A stretch of 63,092 nt of DNA, the filler included. It is 5 parts of 5 records of this genome, joined end to end, with 100 filler letters (N's around TTAATTAATTAA, not from the genome) between each part and the next. Parts side by side here need not be neighbours in the genome. Positions count along the whole stretch, not along the records: positions 23,551 to 31,493 come from DRR378314_458; positions 31,594 to 50,661 come from DRR378314_463; 3 more parts are not named here. One strand, written 5' to 3'. Position 1 is the first letter of the stretch. Every line of letters starts with the position of its first letter. The position numbers were made by a program, and so were the translations under genes. The notes beneath the pieces were generated by a model that made no database searches, was not told the DNA's origin, and was given only the letters and a program-made list of their open reading frames with translations. Shown piece by piece: positions 30,338-42,600 of this stretch.

Positions 30338-31069
30338 ATGATGCGGCGCGGAGACAGGCTATTTGAGATCATTGAGATCTTGCGGCGGGCGAAAGGCCCG
30401 ATCTCCGGGCAGTCCATCGGTCATGAGCTCGGCGTCACCAAGCGCACGGTGTACCGTGATGTTGCCGCCCTGATGGCGCAAGGCGTCCCGATCCACGGCG
30501 AAGCGGGCGTCGGATACATTTTGGAGGCGGGGTTTCATATGCCGCCATTGATGCTCACCTCCGATGAGATTGAGGCTGCGATCCTTGGTGCGCAATGGGT
30601 TCAGACCCGCGGGGAGCCGGAACTGGCCCTCGCGGCCGGGAAATTGCTGTCCAAGATCGAAACCGTGGCACCCTCTGGTTTTGAGACTTTATTCGTTGAG
30701 CCTGCAATCAGTGTCGCGCCGATGGATCAGCCGCCGGAAGTGCTTGGTGCGGCGGAGATACGCCGCGCCATTCAACGCCGGGTCAAGATCGCCTTGACCT
30801 ATCGCGGCTCCAATGGTGCGCTGACTGAGCGTGTGATCTGGCCGATTTTCCTGGGCTACCGCGACCACGGCCGGATCGTGGCGGCGTGGTGCGAGCTGCG
30901 GCGCAGCTTTCGGTACTTTCGGACTGAGCGGATCACCGATGGCGGCATCCTGACCGACAAAATTCCTCGCCGGATGGACTTGTTAAAGGCCGAATGGCGC
31001 ACCGCGATGGATGAAGAGCGGCGGCGTTTCAACACCGCAAGCCAAAACGGCCAGGCCTTTACAAGATGA
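30338..31069 (+). CDS. YafY-family HTH-WYL transcriptional regulator
   Basis: MRRGDRLFEII..VTKRTVYRDV..GEAGVGY; AWCELRRSFRYFRTERI WYL motif. Confidence 0.93.
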   Translation: MMRRGDRLFEIIEILRRAKGPISGQSIGHELGVTKRTVYRDVAALMAQGVPIHGEAGVGYILEAGFHMPPLMLTSDEIEAAILGAQWVQTRGEPELALAAGKLLSKIETVAPSGFETLFVEPAISVAPMDQPPEVLGAAEIRRAIQRRVKIALTYRGSNGALTERVIWPIFLGYRDHGRIVAAWCELRRSFRYFRTERITDGGILTDKIPRRMDLLKAEWRTAMDEERRRFNTASQNGQAFTR

Positions 31070-31347
31070 GTAAACTAAGGCGCGGCTGTTGCAGACGTCC
31101 AGTGTCGACAAACGACGGGCTTCCATTAATGTCATAGCGCAGCCATGAAATTGGATGGCAAAGCTGCTGTTCAAGAATACACCTTCAATGGCGGCTCTGT
31201 CCGGCGACTTGTGAATTGGCTGTCCGAAAATTGCTGCACAGTCGATGAATGGCCGATCTCCGCGCTGCACGGCAGCGCCATTTTTTCAGCCGCTGCAGCA
31301 TATCTGGTGCTGCGAGCGCGCGCAGCACGAAATCGCTATGACCGAGT

Positions 31348-31403
31348 TGGGACTCGGAGCGAGAGTTCGCTGCGCGCTGGACGAACGTCCGTTTTGGTGC
31401 TGC
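31348..31403 (+). repeat. Degenerate intergenic repeat, copy 3 (half)
   Basis: TGGGACTCGGAGCGAGAGTTCGCTGC..AACGTCCGTT..GCTGC; shares GAGTTCGCTGC with copy 2. Confidence 0.6.
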
Positions 31404-31493
31404 GAGGGGCACTGAACTACTTGTGACAAACTGCTGAACTTATTTGTGAAAACCGACAACAGAAGCGGGATTTGGACAAGCCAAACGCCCCTG

Positions 31494-31593
31494 NNNNNNN
31501 NNNNNNNNNNNNNNNNNNNNNNNNNNNNNNNNNNNNNTTAATTAATTAANNNNNNNNNNNNNNNNNNNNNNNNNNNNNNNNNNNNNNNNNNNN
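31494..31593. other. Artificial contig spacer
   Basis: N44-TTAATTAATTAA-N44. Confidence 0.99.
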
Positions 31594-34500
31594 CGCCCGC
31601 TTCACGGAACAGCTCGTCGATCCGGCAGTTAACTTCGTCAGCAGCAAACAAGCGGTCAAGCAAATCGTTAACGAAAATGCGCAGCTCAAAATTCAGGCTG
31701 TGCGGCCCGTAGTTCAGGCAGAAAACCTGAGGTTCTGGGTCTTCTAACACTCGTTCATTTTCGTCGGCAGCCTGGCGCAGCAATGTATGCACTAAAGGCA
31801 GATCAGACCCATGAGCAACACCGTAAGTCAGCACCACGCGGGTCACGTTATCCGAAAGTGACCAGTTAATGAGCTGGTCCGTCACAAACGTTTTGTTCGG
31901 AATGATAATTTCTTTTCGGTCAAAGTCGGTCACGGTAGTCGCCCGGATGCGAATCCGACTGACCGTGCCATGAAGATTACCCAGCGTGATGGTGTCACCA
32001 ATGCGAATTGGGCGCTCAAACAGAATGATCAAACCAGAAATAAAGTTGGCAAATATTTCCTGAAGACCAAAGCCTAAGCCCACGCTCAGCGCCGCCACCA
32101 GCCACTGCAATTTATTCCAAGAAACGCCCAGCGTGGCCAATGCCATCACTACGCCAGTACCAACAATGGTATAAGAAAGCAGCGAGCTAATGGCATAAGC
32201 ACTACCCTGCTTTAAGGACAAGCGTGAAAGCACCATTACTTCCAACAAGCCAGGCAAGTTACGCGCCATAATGAACGTGATGGCAATCACAAGTAGCGAG
32301 GTAAACACATCGGAAATCGATAGTGCGTCTCCGACCAAATCCCCCTCTTCCGCATCCCATATTGAAACTTGGTCTAAATAACTCAGTACCGCCAGCAGGT
32401 CTGACCACACCAGATACAGCAGGGCACTGAAGCCAATCAACAAAATCAACTTTGATAGGCGTAACGACTGAGAGTTAATTTTCTCCATATCCAAAGGTGG
32501 CTCTTCAACGACCTCCAGCCCACCTTCTGCGCCCTCTTGTACTTGAGCACGACGTCTAGCGAGCGCACGCCGGTAAGCTAGCCGCCGTGCTGCAACGGCT
32601 AAACTACGTACGACCGTGGCCTCAACGACGACCCACAAGCCCAACAGGTAAAGGGTGATTGCAAAGCGAGCAACTAGCCGCAACGCCGTATACTCATATC
32701 CCCACACCACAAGTCCAAGGAGTACTAGCGGCACTGAAGCCATCGCTAGACCTAACACCAACCGGAAGAGTCGCACTCCGAAAAATGGCACATGGGCCAG
32801 GATTAATAGTGCCAACCACCAGCTCATTGCCACCAGGCCTGCGGCAAACAGCCCTATCGCCACTGGGCGCAACGCCAGCGGTGTTTCCATTTGTCCAGAG
32901 AGCGCGGCAATAACGACCACGGGCGCTAACGCCAGTCCGAAACCACCCAGCAGTTTACGCAACCGCGCTGTATAAGCAGGCGCCCAGGTGAAATGGCGCT
33001 CAGCAACCCCATCATGAACGAGTAGCCGGCGGCCCCAAGCCACGACAGCCCAGCTAAGCGCCAGTTGTAGTAGCGCTGGCGAAACACTGCTTGCCAGTGC
33101 ACCTTCAGCCTCACTTAGGCCTATGCCAATACCTGCCAACCCCAACGGCCCTGGCAACGCAAGCAGAGCGTTTAGCAGCACCGCCTTGGTGGTATGCAGC
33201 TGAGTATCACTTTTCAGTCGACCAATTTGTGAGTGAATGAGCGCAAGCCGTGCTTTAATTCGCCGACGCAGCCCAACCAGAACCACGCCAAGCAAAATAA
33301 ACGGCGCGCCAATCAGCATTTTCCAAGAAAAACCTTTCCACTGAGAGGGCAAAACCGCCCGCCACTCACCTTCTCGCCACTCCAGTTGAAGGTTGTGGGG
33401 AATTTGTCGTAACCAATTGAAATCTAGAGGACGGCTATTAGCTACCCAGAATAGCTGTTCATCAATGGTCGCCCGTAAATCGCGCGTCGTCTCTAATAGC
33501 TGTTGTTGATTAAGTTGAAGTTCAATAGCGGCACTCAGCAGGCTTCCGTAAGATTGCTCAAGCTGCTCTACCAATTCACGGCGCGACTGATAAAGGCGTG
33601 TTAGGGAGTCCACCAAGCCAGGCGTGACGTCAACCCCTGCTTCCTGCAAGCGCTGGGTCGCTAAGCGATCGCTTTGGCGCAACTGATCACGCTGCCGAAT
33701 CAAATCAAACTGTTTGAGACGCAAATCAGCAATTTCATCTTGTAAATCACGCCTTGGCGCGACTAAAGGTAACGACTGGCGCTGCTCTCGAAGAATACGC
33801 GACAACAATTGGCTACCACGAATAGCATCAATTTGTTCGTTCAGGCTACGCTGAAGTTGCCGCACATGATCTAACTGACGCTGGGCTTCAATATTCTCAC
33901 GTATAATGCCATTCGCTCTATCCGTTGTTCGCAACAGTTCAAGGCTCAGTGCTTGGTTCGCTTGCTGAGCATTGAGCACCACAGGGTGCCCTTCAGCGAT
34001 CAGTGGATCATTCTTTGCGGCGTCAGCAATTGCCTGCTCAGATTGTAGCCGCCGCTGACGATCAATGACGCCTTGCAATAAATTAAGCTGCTGCTCCTGC
34101 TGGTCTATTTGCAGCTCAATGAGTTCCCGGCGCTCCTGGGCCAACTCTCGCAGCCGACTGTTGGCACTTAGTTCACGCTGGTTAAGGTTTACTTCCTGCT
34201 CTGCAAGGGCTCGCTCAATGCGCCACTGAATTAACTGTGCATCGTGGCGTGCCGATAGTTGCCGATCACCCAGCAAGGCTTCTCGCTCATCAGACTGACG
34301 GCGTAAACTTTCAGTGCGCTGTAACGCATCTGAAATTGCTTGCTGAGCGCGCTCAGGCAGTGTTTGCGCGGCCAACAGCTGGGAGTTAACTTCGGCTAAT
34401 TGGCTTTGAAGCCGCTGAAGCTCCACGACGGCCTCTGCTTGCTGCGCTTCCAGCTGATTCAGTGGCATATCACTAAGGTTATCCACCGACAACTGTCGGC

Positions 34501-34831
34501 TTTGTTCTTCCGCTTCGTTCAGCTCACGCTCTAGGCGAAGCAATATTTCGGGCGCTTGGACAACCCGTTGCTCTAATGCCTCAATGCGCTCTTCAACCGC
34601 GTGCAGGCGCTCATAGCCTTGTAGCGCAGCCGTCAACGCTTCTTTGACCTGAGTTTGCTCGGTGGTTAGCTCGCTTTCTTGCGACTCAAGCTCGGCTAAT
34701 CGCTCAGATAGCTGCTCCTCAGAGGGGACCTGATCAAGCAACGCAGCCTGCGCGTATACGGCACCAGCAGTCGTAAACAATAGATAAATAAAGCAGAGCT
34801 TGAGGAGTGCCTTCAGTACATTTTTGACCAC
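31594..34831 (-). CDS. mscK: Mechanosensitive channel MscK/KefA, 3' truncated by contig edge
   Basis: Long periplasmic coiled coil, TM region, GLGFGLQEIFANFISGLIILFERPIRIGD MscS core. Confidence 0.93.
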
Positions 34832-35008
34832 GTTAGATATGCCTCATCGACATGGATACTACTCCAATCAGGAAGATCGCCATTGTCAGGCGTTCTGGCT
34901 TCTTACGCAATCTAACGCGTTTGACGAACGGGAGGAGTTGACTTACGCGATGGGCGTGTATAGAAGAGTCTCTGATAACTGCCTTTTATTTATTTGCGAG
35001 CCATTTTG

Positions 35009-36028
35009 ATGGTCATTCGAAAACTGCTGTTAACTAGTTTAATTGTTTTGCTAGGCACTGAAAGTGCCATTGCAGAGACCCGCGAGGAAATTGAGGCTCG
35101 TATACGCGCACTCAACAGCGAACTTTATCAGTTGCGTCAGCAGCTGCAACAGGTTGAAGATCCGGCAGGAAGCGAATCCACGCCCGCTCCGCAGTTGCTT
35201 CCAGAAGAGATGGCGCTTGAGGATCTCAGTGAACGCCGCCAGTTTGAGCAGGAGTCGTCACGTAATCCGTTTGCGATTACGACTCACCGAACTAATTATC
35301 TTTTCCCAATTAGCTATAGCACCAACCAGAACAGCGAAAACTTTCGTAGCATTTCCGCAGACTCTCCACCTAACGACGTCGAAGTGAAATTTCAGTTTAG
35401 CGCTAAATTCAACCTCGCAGAGGATGTGTTTGGCGACATTGGCGATGTCTATTTTGCCTACACCCAGCGTAGCTGGTGGCAGGCCTATAATACCGATGCT
35501 TCTTCCCCCTTCCGGGAAACCAACTACGAACCTGAAGTTTTTATTGATTTTGATAACGCCTGGAGCGCATTAGGCTGGGTAAATACGCGCAATCGTCTCT
35601 CCTTCATTCATCAGTCTAACGGCCGTTCAGACCCGCTTTCACGCAGTTGGAACAGGGTTTATCTGGAAAGCACGTTCCAACGTGGTGACTGGGCACTATC
35701 ACTCGCTCCTCATTGGCGCGTACCTGAGTCCAGCGGCGACGATGACAACCCAGACATAGAACGCTATGTCGGTTATGGCGATATCCGCCTGGCAAAACGA
35801 CTCAATGGTAACCACGAGGTCGCGGGGCAACTGCGTGGCAACCCAAGCGCGGGTAACTATGGCACTCAAATAGACTACAGCTGGCCTGCATTTAACAATG
35901 TGCGTGCCCATCTACAGTACTACTACGGCTACGGAGAGAGCATGATTGACTACAACAATCGCGTGCATCGTCTCAGCATCGGCTTTAGCTTAAACCCCCT
36001 GTTCAGTACGTCAGGGCTGAACCGATAG
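35009..36028 (+). CDS. pldA: Outer-membrane phospholipase A
   Basis: SSPFRETNYEPE, HQSNG, SRSWNR, GYGESMIDYN. Confidence 0.95.
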   Translation: MVIRKLLLTSLIVLLGTESAIAETREEIEARIRALNSELYQLRQQLQQVEDPAGSESTPAPQLLPEEMALEDLSERRQFEQESSRNPFAITTHRTNYLFPISYSTNQNSENFRSISADSPPNDVEVKFQFSAKFNLAEDVFGDIGDVYFAYTQRSWWQAYNTDASSPFRETNYEPEVFIDFDNAWSALGWVNTRNRLSFIHQSNGRSDPLSRSWNRVYLESTFQRGDWALSLAPHWRVPESSGDDDNPDIERYVGYGDIRLAKRLNGNHEVAGQLRGNPSAGNYGTQIDYSWPAFNNVRAHLQYYYGYGESMIDYNNRVHRLSIGFSLNPLFSTSGLNR

Positions 36029-36108
36029 CACCTAAGGTTGTCTTATGATTAACGGCTGCTATGCTGGAGTTGACACTTATTCATATTCACTCGTCAAAGG
36101 ATGACATC

Positions 36109-36441
36109 ATGGCTAAACGTAATACTGATACCTCTGCTCGTGCTGACCAGTTGAAGGAAGATCTCCGCCACCTGAGTGAAACCGTAGAAGAGTTGATGAA
36201 TGCCACGTCAAAAGATGCAAGTGGCGAGATGCGTGACCTTCGTGAGCGCGCAGAAAAACGACTGAAAGACACCCGAGCGCGCTTAGAAGCTCGCGGTGAA
36301 CGACTTTACGAAGACACGCGTGAAACGCTGTCTCAGCAAGTTGATTGTTGCGATCGTTACGTGCACGAAAACCCTTGGGCTAGTATTGGTATTGGTGCCG
36401 CGGCTGGTCTAGTGGTGGGTATGCTTCTCGGTCGTCGCTAA
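36109..36441 (+). CDS. ElaB/YqjD (DUF883) membrane-anchored protein
   Basis: YVHENPWASIGIGAAAGLVVGMLLGRR. Confidence 0.92.
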   Translation: MAKRNTDTSARADQLKEDLRHLSETVEELMNATSKDASGEMRDLRERAEKRLKDTRARLEARGERLYEDTRETLSQQVDCCDRYVHENPWASIGIGAAAGLVVGMLLGRR

Positions 36442-36845
36442 TGGCTTTAGGGCCAACACAACGCGTATTCTCTGCCGCCAAACGTCTGCTGAGATCATTA
36501 GTCGCTAATGGTGAGACTCGGCTCCGTTTGGCGGTTTTAGAGTTAGAAGAGGAGCGCGCTCGTTTATTGACCCTGCTTTTGTTGGCAGGAGCCAGCCTTT
36601 TGTTGCTGTTGTTAGGCGTCGCGACACTTACCGCGCTGGTAGTCGTACTGTTTTGGGACACTTATCGGCTGACTGCGATTGGCGTGAGTGCAGGCGTTCT
36701 TATTGCCTTAAGTTTTTTACTAGCGGTTATTGCTATTCGGCAAGCCAAGCAACATACGCTGTTAAAAGAAACGCTTAAGCAACTCTCCGCTGACCGAGCC
36801 TTGTTGGAGGTGAATGAGGATGACTCAACCCAACACCGTCAATAA
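36441..36845 (+). CDS. YqjE-family membrane protein
   Basis: TRLRLAVLELEEER plus two TM segments; yqjD-E-K order. Confidence 0.88.
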   Translation: MALGPTQRVFSAAKRLLRSLVANGETRLRLAVLELEEERARLLTLLLLAGASLLLLLLGVATLTALVVVLFWDTYRLTAIGVSAGVLIALSFLLAVIAIRQAKQHTLLKETLKQLSADRALLEVNEDDSTQHRQ

Positions 36846-37119
36846 GCCTCCCAGCCGAGCAGAACGCAAAGCCGCCTTGTTAGCGGAACTAGAGCAACAG
36901 CGTATCGATATATTAGTTGATAGCGATACGCTTACCAAGGCAGCCTCACCGCTAGACAAGAACTGGCGCAGCCTTAAAATACCTTTGTATGTGATTGGTG
37001 GCGTCGCCGCCTTGCGTATTTTGCGCCATCCAGGTGGCGCAATGGCAGTTGGCAGAAAAGCACTGGCTAGCTACATGCTGATACGAAAACTGAAGCTGCT
37101 AGCAAAAGTGGCTAGTTAG
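36820..37119 (+). CDS. YqjK-like protein
   Basis: RKAALLAELEQQRID motif; operon position. Confidence 0.8.
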   Translation: MTQPNTVNKPPSRAERKAALLAELEQQRIDILVDSDTLTKAASPLDKNWRSLKIPLYVIGGVAALRILRHPGGAMAVGRKALASYMLIRKLKLLAKVAS

Positions 37120-37218
37120 TAAGTCACTAGCGATATTTTCTGAGAACGTCGCTGGGCCGTTTTTATAAACGCTAATTTTGAATGCTCTACGTGTTTACGG
37201 CCCAGTTCTTTAGACTCA

Positions 37219-38403
37219 TCAGCATGCCTGCCCGCAAGCAACACCACTTGCCCAAGCCCACTGAAAGTTGTACCCCCCCAATTCCCCCGTCACATCTAGC
37301 ACTTCACCGATAAGCCTAAGCTGCGGTAGGTCTTTCACTGCAAATGTTTTTGATGAAATCGCTTCCGTACTTACCCCGCCCATCGTTACCTCAGCTGTTC
37401 GCCACCCTTCTGTACCTGACGGTTTTAACTGCCACTGGTTTAGCCGCTGAGCCCATTGATCAAGCGCATCATTACTGTACTCAGCCAGAGGGCTGGTAAG
37501 ATTGGCGTCTGGGTACCACTCTAGCAACGCTTGGGCAAAGCGCTTTGGAAAACGCTCTCCCAGCCAAGTGGACAACTGACGCTTAGGGGTCGCATGACGT
37601 GCATGACGTAACACGTCAGCAGCCTGTTCACTTGGTAGTAAATTAATGGTGATCGTGTCGCCAGGTTGCCAAACGCTGGAAATTTGCAGCATCGATGGGC
37701 CTGACAGGCCACGATGAGTAAATAGCATTGGCTCTTTAAAACGCCTCCCATTGCAGCCAACCTCGCATGGCACACTGACCCCAGAAAGTGCTGCTGCGCG
37801 CTCTTTCCAACTATCGCTCAAGGTAAACGGCACCAAGCCTGGGCGGGTAGGCAGAACATCTAAGCCAAACTGACGGGCAATATCATAACCAAACCCTGTC
37901 GCCCCCATCGTGGGTATCGAAAGTCCCCCCGTCGCAATCACTACCGTACCCGCGTCGATGCTTCCCAACGACGTGGCTAAGCGCATGCTATCCCCCATTC
38001 GCTCCAGCCTAGAAATTGACGTGCTGAGCGACACCTCGACGCCGGCCCATTCACACTCGGTGAGTAAGACGCTAACAATGTCTTTAGCGGAGCTCGCACA
38101 AAAAAGCTGGCCTGGGGCTTTCTCCACATACTCAACACCATGCCGCTCTATCAACGACACAAAATGCTCAGGACGGTAACGCTTTAACGCAGAAATACAA
38201 AAATACGGATTTTCCGAGTAAAAATTCTGAGGCGTAGTCGCAAGATTGGTAAAATTGCAGCGCCCTCCTCCCGACATCAATATTTTCTTGCCCGCTTTTT
38301 TGGCATGGTCCACTAACAGTACACGACGCCCCGCGTAACCCGCTTGAGCCGCACACATCAAACCAGCGGCTCCTGCACCAATGACGACGACGTCGTAGAC
38401 CAT
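37219..38403 (-). CDS. HI0933/YhiN-family flavoprotein
   Basis: GKKILMSGGGRCNFTN; AEVTMGGV; GELGGYNFQWAWASG. Confidence 0.93.
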   Translation of the reverse strand: MVYDVVVIGAGAAGLMCAAQAGYAGRRVLLVDHAKKAGKKILMSGGGRCNFTNLATTPQNFYSENPYFCISALKRYRPEHFVSLIERHGVEYVEKAPGQLFCASSAKDIVSVLLTECEWAGVEVSLSTSISRLERMGDSMRLATSLGSIDAGTVVIATGGLSIPTMGATGFGYDIARQFGLDVLPTRPGLVPFTLSDSWKERAAALSGVSVPCEVGCNGRRFKEPMLFTHRGLSGPSMLQISSVWQPGDTITINLLPSEQAADVLRHARHATPKRQLSTWLGERFPKRFAQALLEWYPDANLTSPLAEYSNDALDQWAQRLNQWQLKPSGTEGWRTAEVTMGGVSTEAISSKTFAVKDLPQLRLIGEVLDVTGELGGYNFQWAWASGVACGQAC

Positions 38404-38596
38404 AAAATTAGGCTCCCAGGGTGAAAAAATGAGAGGCATTTTAACAGGTAAATAGCTCAAAATTACTGTACATTAAAAATTACATGTACAAAAAACGTAC
38501 ATCTATTTAACAAAATATCACTGTAGACACTTCACCCTCTAACACGGTGATCCCCTAAGTGGTATTACTAGGCATTTTGATAACACTGAGACGCTC

Positions 38597-39664
38597 ATGC
38601 TTGTTTGTAAACGTATCTTTCTCTTCTGGTTGTTTACCCTGATATGGGCTAGTCCGCTGTTGGCACAGTCTCCCCCTCCGGTTATTGGGCACTACGCCGC
38701 CATAACGACTTGGTCTGATCCGCTTGAAGCATTAGGGACACTGAGTGCAGATGAAAGCGTGACACTTTCTGCCACGGTGACCGATACGATTGCCGAGATC
38801 AATTTTGAAGATGGCGAACAAGTAGAGCGCGGAAGGCTGTTAATTCGTTTAGAAGATGCTGAAGAACAGGCTCAGCTAAGGGCTGCGCAGGCCCTCAATG
38901 ATGAACGTCGCAATGCGCTAGGCCGAGCTACCCAGTTGCAACAACGCAACCTCGCCCCGCGGGCTGATGTAGAAGATACCCAGGCTCGTTTACGCCAATC
39001 ACAGGCTGACGCACAAGCGTTAGAAGCTAGGCTGTCAAATTATCGCTTACATGCCCCTTTTAGCGGGCGAGTTGGCTTTCGCAACGTCAGTATCGGTGCA
39101 TTAGTAACGCCCGGCATGGAGCTTGTCACTCTTGATAAGCTAGATGTCATGAAGCTCGACTTTACCGTACCTGAAGTATTTTTAGGGCGTTTATCCAACG
39201 GCCTAAAGCTGAGTGCTACTACAGCGGCATTCCCTGACGAGCTCTTCAGCGGTGAAATCTCTAGCATTGGCACCCGCATAGACCCTATCACCCGCAGTGT
39301 TAACGTTCGCGCTGAAATGGTAAACCCTGGGCTGCGTCTGCGGCCTGGGATGTTAATGGAGGTCGTGGTTCAGCAACGAGTCCGCAACACCCTGGTACTT
39401 CCTGAAGCAGCGATCGAACCCAGTGGCAACCGCCACTTTGTGATGCTGATCAACCAGCAGGACGACACCTCTCGATTAGAGCGGCGAGAAGTCATCATTG
39501 GCGAACGACGAAGCGGTGAAGTAGAGGTGCTGGAGGGTATCAGTGCGGGCGACCTAATCGTGATTCACGGATTACAACTCGCGCGAGATGGCCAGCAAGT
39601 CAGGCTGCTAGGTATCGCTGATGAAGAGACGGATATTCGCACGCTACTGGAGGCTGATCGCTAA
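38597..39664 (+). CDS. RND efflux periplasmic adaptor subunit
   Basis: APFSGRVG, RIDPITRSVNVRA, LRPGM motifs; upstream of the permease. Confidence 0.93.
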   Translation: MLVCKRIFLFWLFTLIWASPLLAQSPPPVIGHYAAITTWSDPLEALGTLSADESVTLSATVTDTIAEINFEDGEQVERGRLLIRLEDAEEQAQLRAAQALNDERRNALGRATQLQQRNLAPRADVEDTQARLRQSQADAQALEARLSNYRLHAPFSGRVGFRNVSIGALVTPGMELVTLDKLDVMKLDFTVPEVFLGRLSNGLKLSATTAAFPDELFSGEISSIGTRIDPITRSVNVRAEMVNPGLRLRPGMLMEVVVQQRVRNTLVLPEAAIEPSGNRHFVMLINQQDDTSRLERREVIIGERRSGEVEVLEGISAGDLIVIHGLQLARDGQQVRLLGIADEETDIRTLLEADR

Positions 39665-42600
39665 TGCGTTTATCCGACATTTCAGTTCAGCGGCCCGTGC
39701 TGGCGATGGTGATTGCCACACTGATTATCGCGTTTGGTTTACTGGCACTCAACCGGCTGCCCCTGCAAGAATACCCAACGGTTGATCCTCCTATTGTTAG
39801 TATTGATACCCGCTACCCTGGCGCATCTGCAAGCGTTGTAGAGACACGCATTACCCAAGTGCTCGAAGACCGTATCGCCGGCGTGGAAGGCATTGAGTTA
39901 ATTACCTCGCAAAGTGAGGATGGTCGTTCGCGAGTGGAAATCGAGTTCGCCATCACCATGGATATCAATGCTGCCGCCAACGATATCCGCGATCGTATTT
40001 CAGGAGCACTGCGCAACCTTCCAGATGATGCCGATAATCCTGAGGTCACTAAAGCCGACAGTAGTGAGACGATTGTCGTGTGGCTAAGTCTCTCTGGTGC
40101 GGATTACTCGATCACCGAACTGACCGATTATGCCAATCGCTTTCTGGTAGACAGCCTTTCGGTACAACCCGGCGTGGCAAGGGTGCGCGTAGGTGGTGGA
40201 CGTGATTACGCGATGCGAGTTTGGCTGGACCGCAATGCACTCGCCGCACGGGGGCTAACTGTTGGTGATATTGAGGATGCGCTACGTGCTGAAAATGTTG
40301 AGTTGCCAGCGGGCTCAATTGAGTCCGAAGATCGCCAATTTATTGTTCGTTTGCCGCGCAGCTTCGCGACCGCTGATGATTTTAAGCAGATTGCTTTAAT
40401 TGAAGGCAGTAACGGTTATCTAGTACGTCTGGGCGATGTAGCGCGTGTCGAGATAGGCTCAGTAGAGGACCGATCTGTGTTTCGTGCCAATGGCGTCCCG
40501 ATGGTGGGACTAGGCATGATCATGCAATCAACGGCTAACGTAGTGGAGCTATCGGAAGCCGTTCGACAAGAACTTGACCGGCTTCAAGGCACCTTGCCGG
40601 AGGGGATGTCACTCAGCCTTAACTATGATGCGTCAGTATTCGTTTCAGGCGCTATCGAACAAGTAGTGATGACGCTGTTTATCGCCATGGGGCTAGTCGT
40701 CGTGGTGATGTTTATGTTTTTAGGCAATCTGCGCACCACACTAGTGCCTGCAGTGACGGTACCGATTGCTGTCATTGGAGCATTTACCGCCCTAGCCGCC
40801 ATGAACTTTTCGATTAATCTACTCACGCTATTGGCGCTGGTACTGGCGATTGGGTTGATTGTTGATGACGCGATTGTAGTGCTTGAAAATATCAATCGGC
40901 GTATGCACGACTACGCAGAAACACCTCTGGTCGCAGCATTTCGAGGCACACGGCAAATCGCTTTTGCGGTGATTGCTACCACGCTGGTGCTGGTGGCAGT
41001 CTTCGTTCCCCTCAGCATGCTGCAGGGGGATATTGGTCGGCTATTTTCAGAGTTCGCACTTACCATGGCGGCAGCGGTTGTTGTCTCAACCCTACTAGCC
41101 CTTACCCTCACCCCAATGATGGCTTCTAAGATTCTCAAGCCGGGCATGCATGATAGCCGGCTTAGCCAAGCCGTTCAGTGGCTGCTAACGGGCACCCAGC
41201 GTCGTTACCAGCGCGCATTAGAAATCGTACTCACATTAAAGTGGCTGGTCGTTGCCCTGTTTTTCTTGTTGATAGCCGCTACCGCCTGGCTGGCAACCGA
41301 GCTGCCCAATGAATACACCCCGCAAGAAGATCGTGGCAATTTCATTATCCTTGTCAACGGCCCAGAAGGCGCAACGTTTGACTATATGATGGACTATATG
41401 GATGAGATAGAGGCTAGATTGACGCCTTTTGTGGACAATGGTGAGCTTGAACGAATTGTGGTTCGTGCACCACGTGGCTTTGGTAATATCGAAAATTTCA
41501 ACAGCGGTTTTATTATCGTCAACATGGCTGACTGGGGAAGCCGTCGTAGCGCTTGGGAAATCATGGCCGAGATTCGCCAGCAGCTACGAACACTGCCGGG
41601 TGTTCAGGCCTTTCCAGTGATGAGACAAGGTTTTGGACAGCGCACTCAAAAGCCTGTGCAATTCGTACTCGGGGGCGGCACTTACGAGGATTTAGCGCGT
41701 TGGCGGGATAGGTTGATTACTCATGTTCGTGAAAACAACCCACGTATTACCGCTATCGAAAGTAATTATGATGAGACCCAGCCCCAGTTACGCGTAGATA
41801 TCAATTATGAGCGCGCTGCCGCACTGGGCGTCACGGTGTCAGAGATAGGTCGGACGCTGGAAGTGCTACTCGGTGGGCGCAACGTCACGCGCTATGTGGA
41901 TGATGGTGAAGAGTACGATGTCATCCTTGAAGGTGACCGCAGCGGTCAAAACAGTCCTGCTGCGCTAAACAATATTCAAGTCCGCTCAGTACGTTCAGGC
42001 GAGCTGATTCCGCTAGCCAGCCTGGTAACGCTCTCTGACTTCGCGGGTGCTAGCACGTTGAACCGCTTTGATCGCGTTCGCGCCATTACGATTGAAGCCA
42101 ATCTAGCCGATGGTTATCCCCTTGGTGAAGCATTGGAATACTTACAACAAGCCGCCGACAATGTATTGCCTGAAGAGGTACAAACGAACCTTGCCGGGCC
42201 TTCTCGCGATTTTCAACAGGCCAGTGGCGCTACCATGTTCTTATTAGTGCTCGGTGCCGTGGTGGTTTACTTAGTACTTGCGGCCCAATTTGAAAGCTTA
42301 ATTCACCCGTTTGTTATCATGCTGACCGTCCCGCTAGCCATGATTGGCGCCCTGCTTGCTCTGCTGCTTAGCGGACAATCACTCAATATCTATAGCCAAG
42401 TAGGCTTAGTACTGTTGATTGGCCTTGCCGCTAAAAATGGCATTCTGATTGTTGAGTTTGCCAACCAGCTACGCGATGAGGGCCAAGCGTTTCGCTCTGC
42501 CTTGATTGAAGCGTCGGTAACACGCCTGCGACCGATTCTAATGACTGCGGTCACTACGATGGCGGGTGCGATACCGCTGATACTATCAAGCGGCCCGGGT

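Noticed and set aside
36441-36845. Phage holin or prophage signal
   Set aside because: YqjE belongs to a holin-named family but sits in the standard chromosomal yqjDEK operon with no phage genes nearby.
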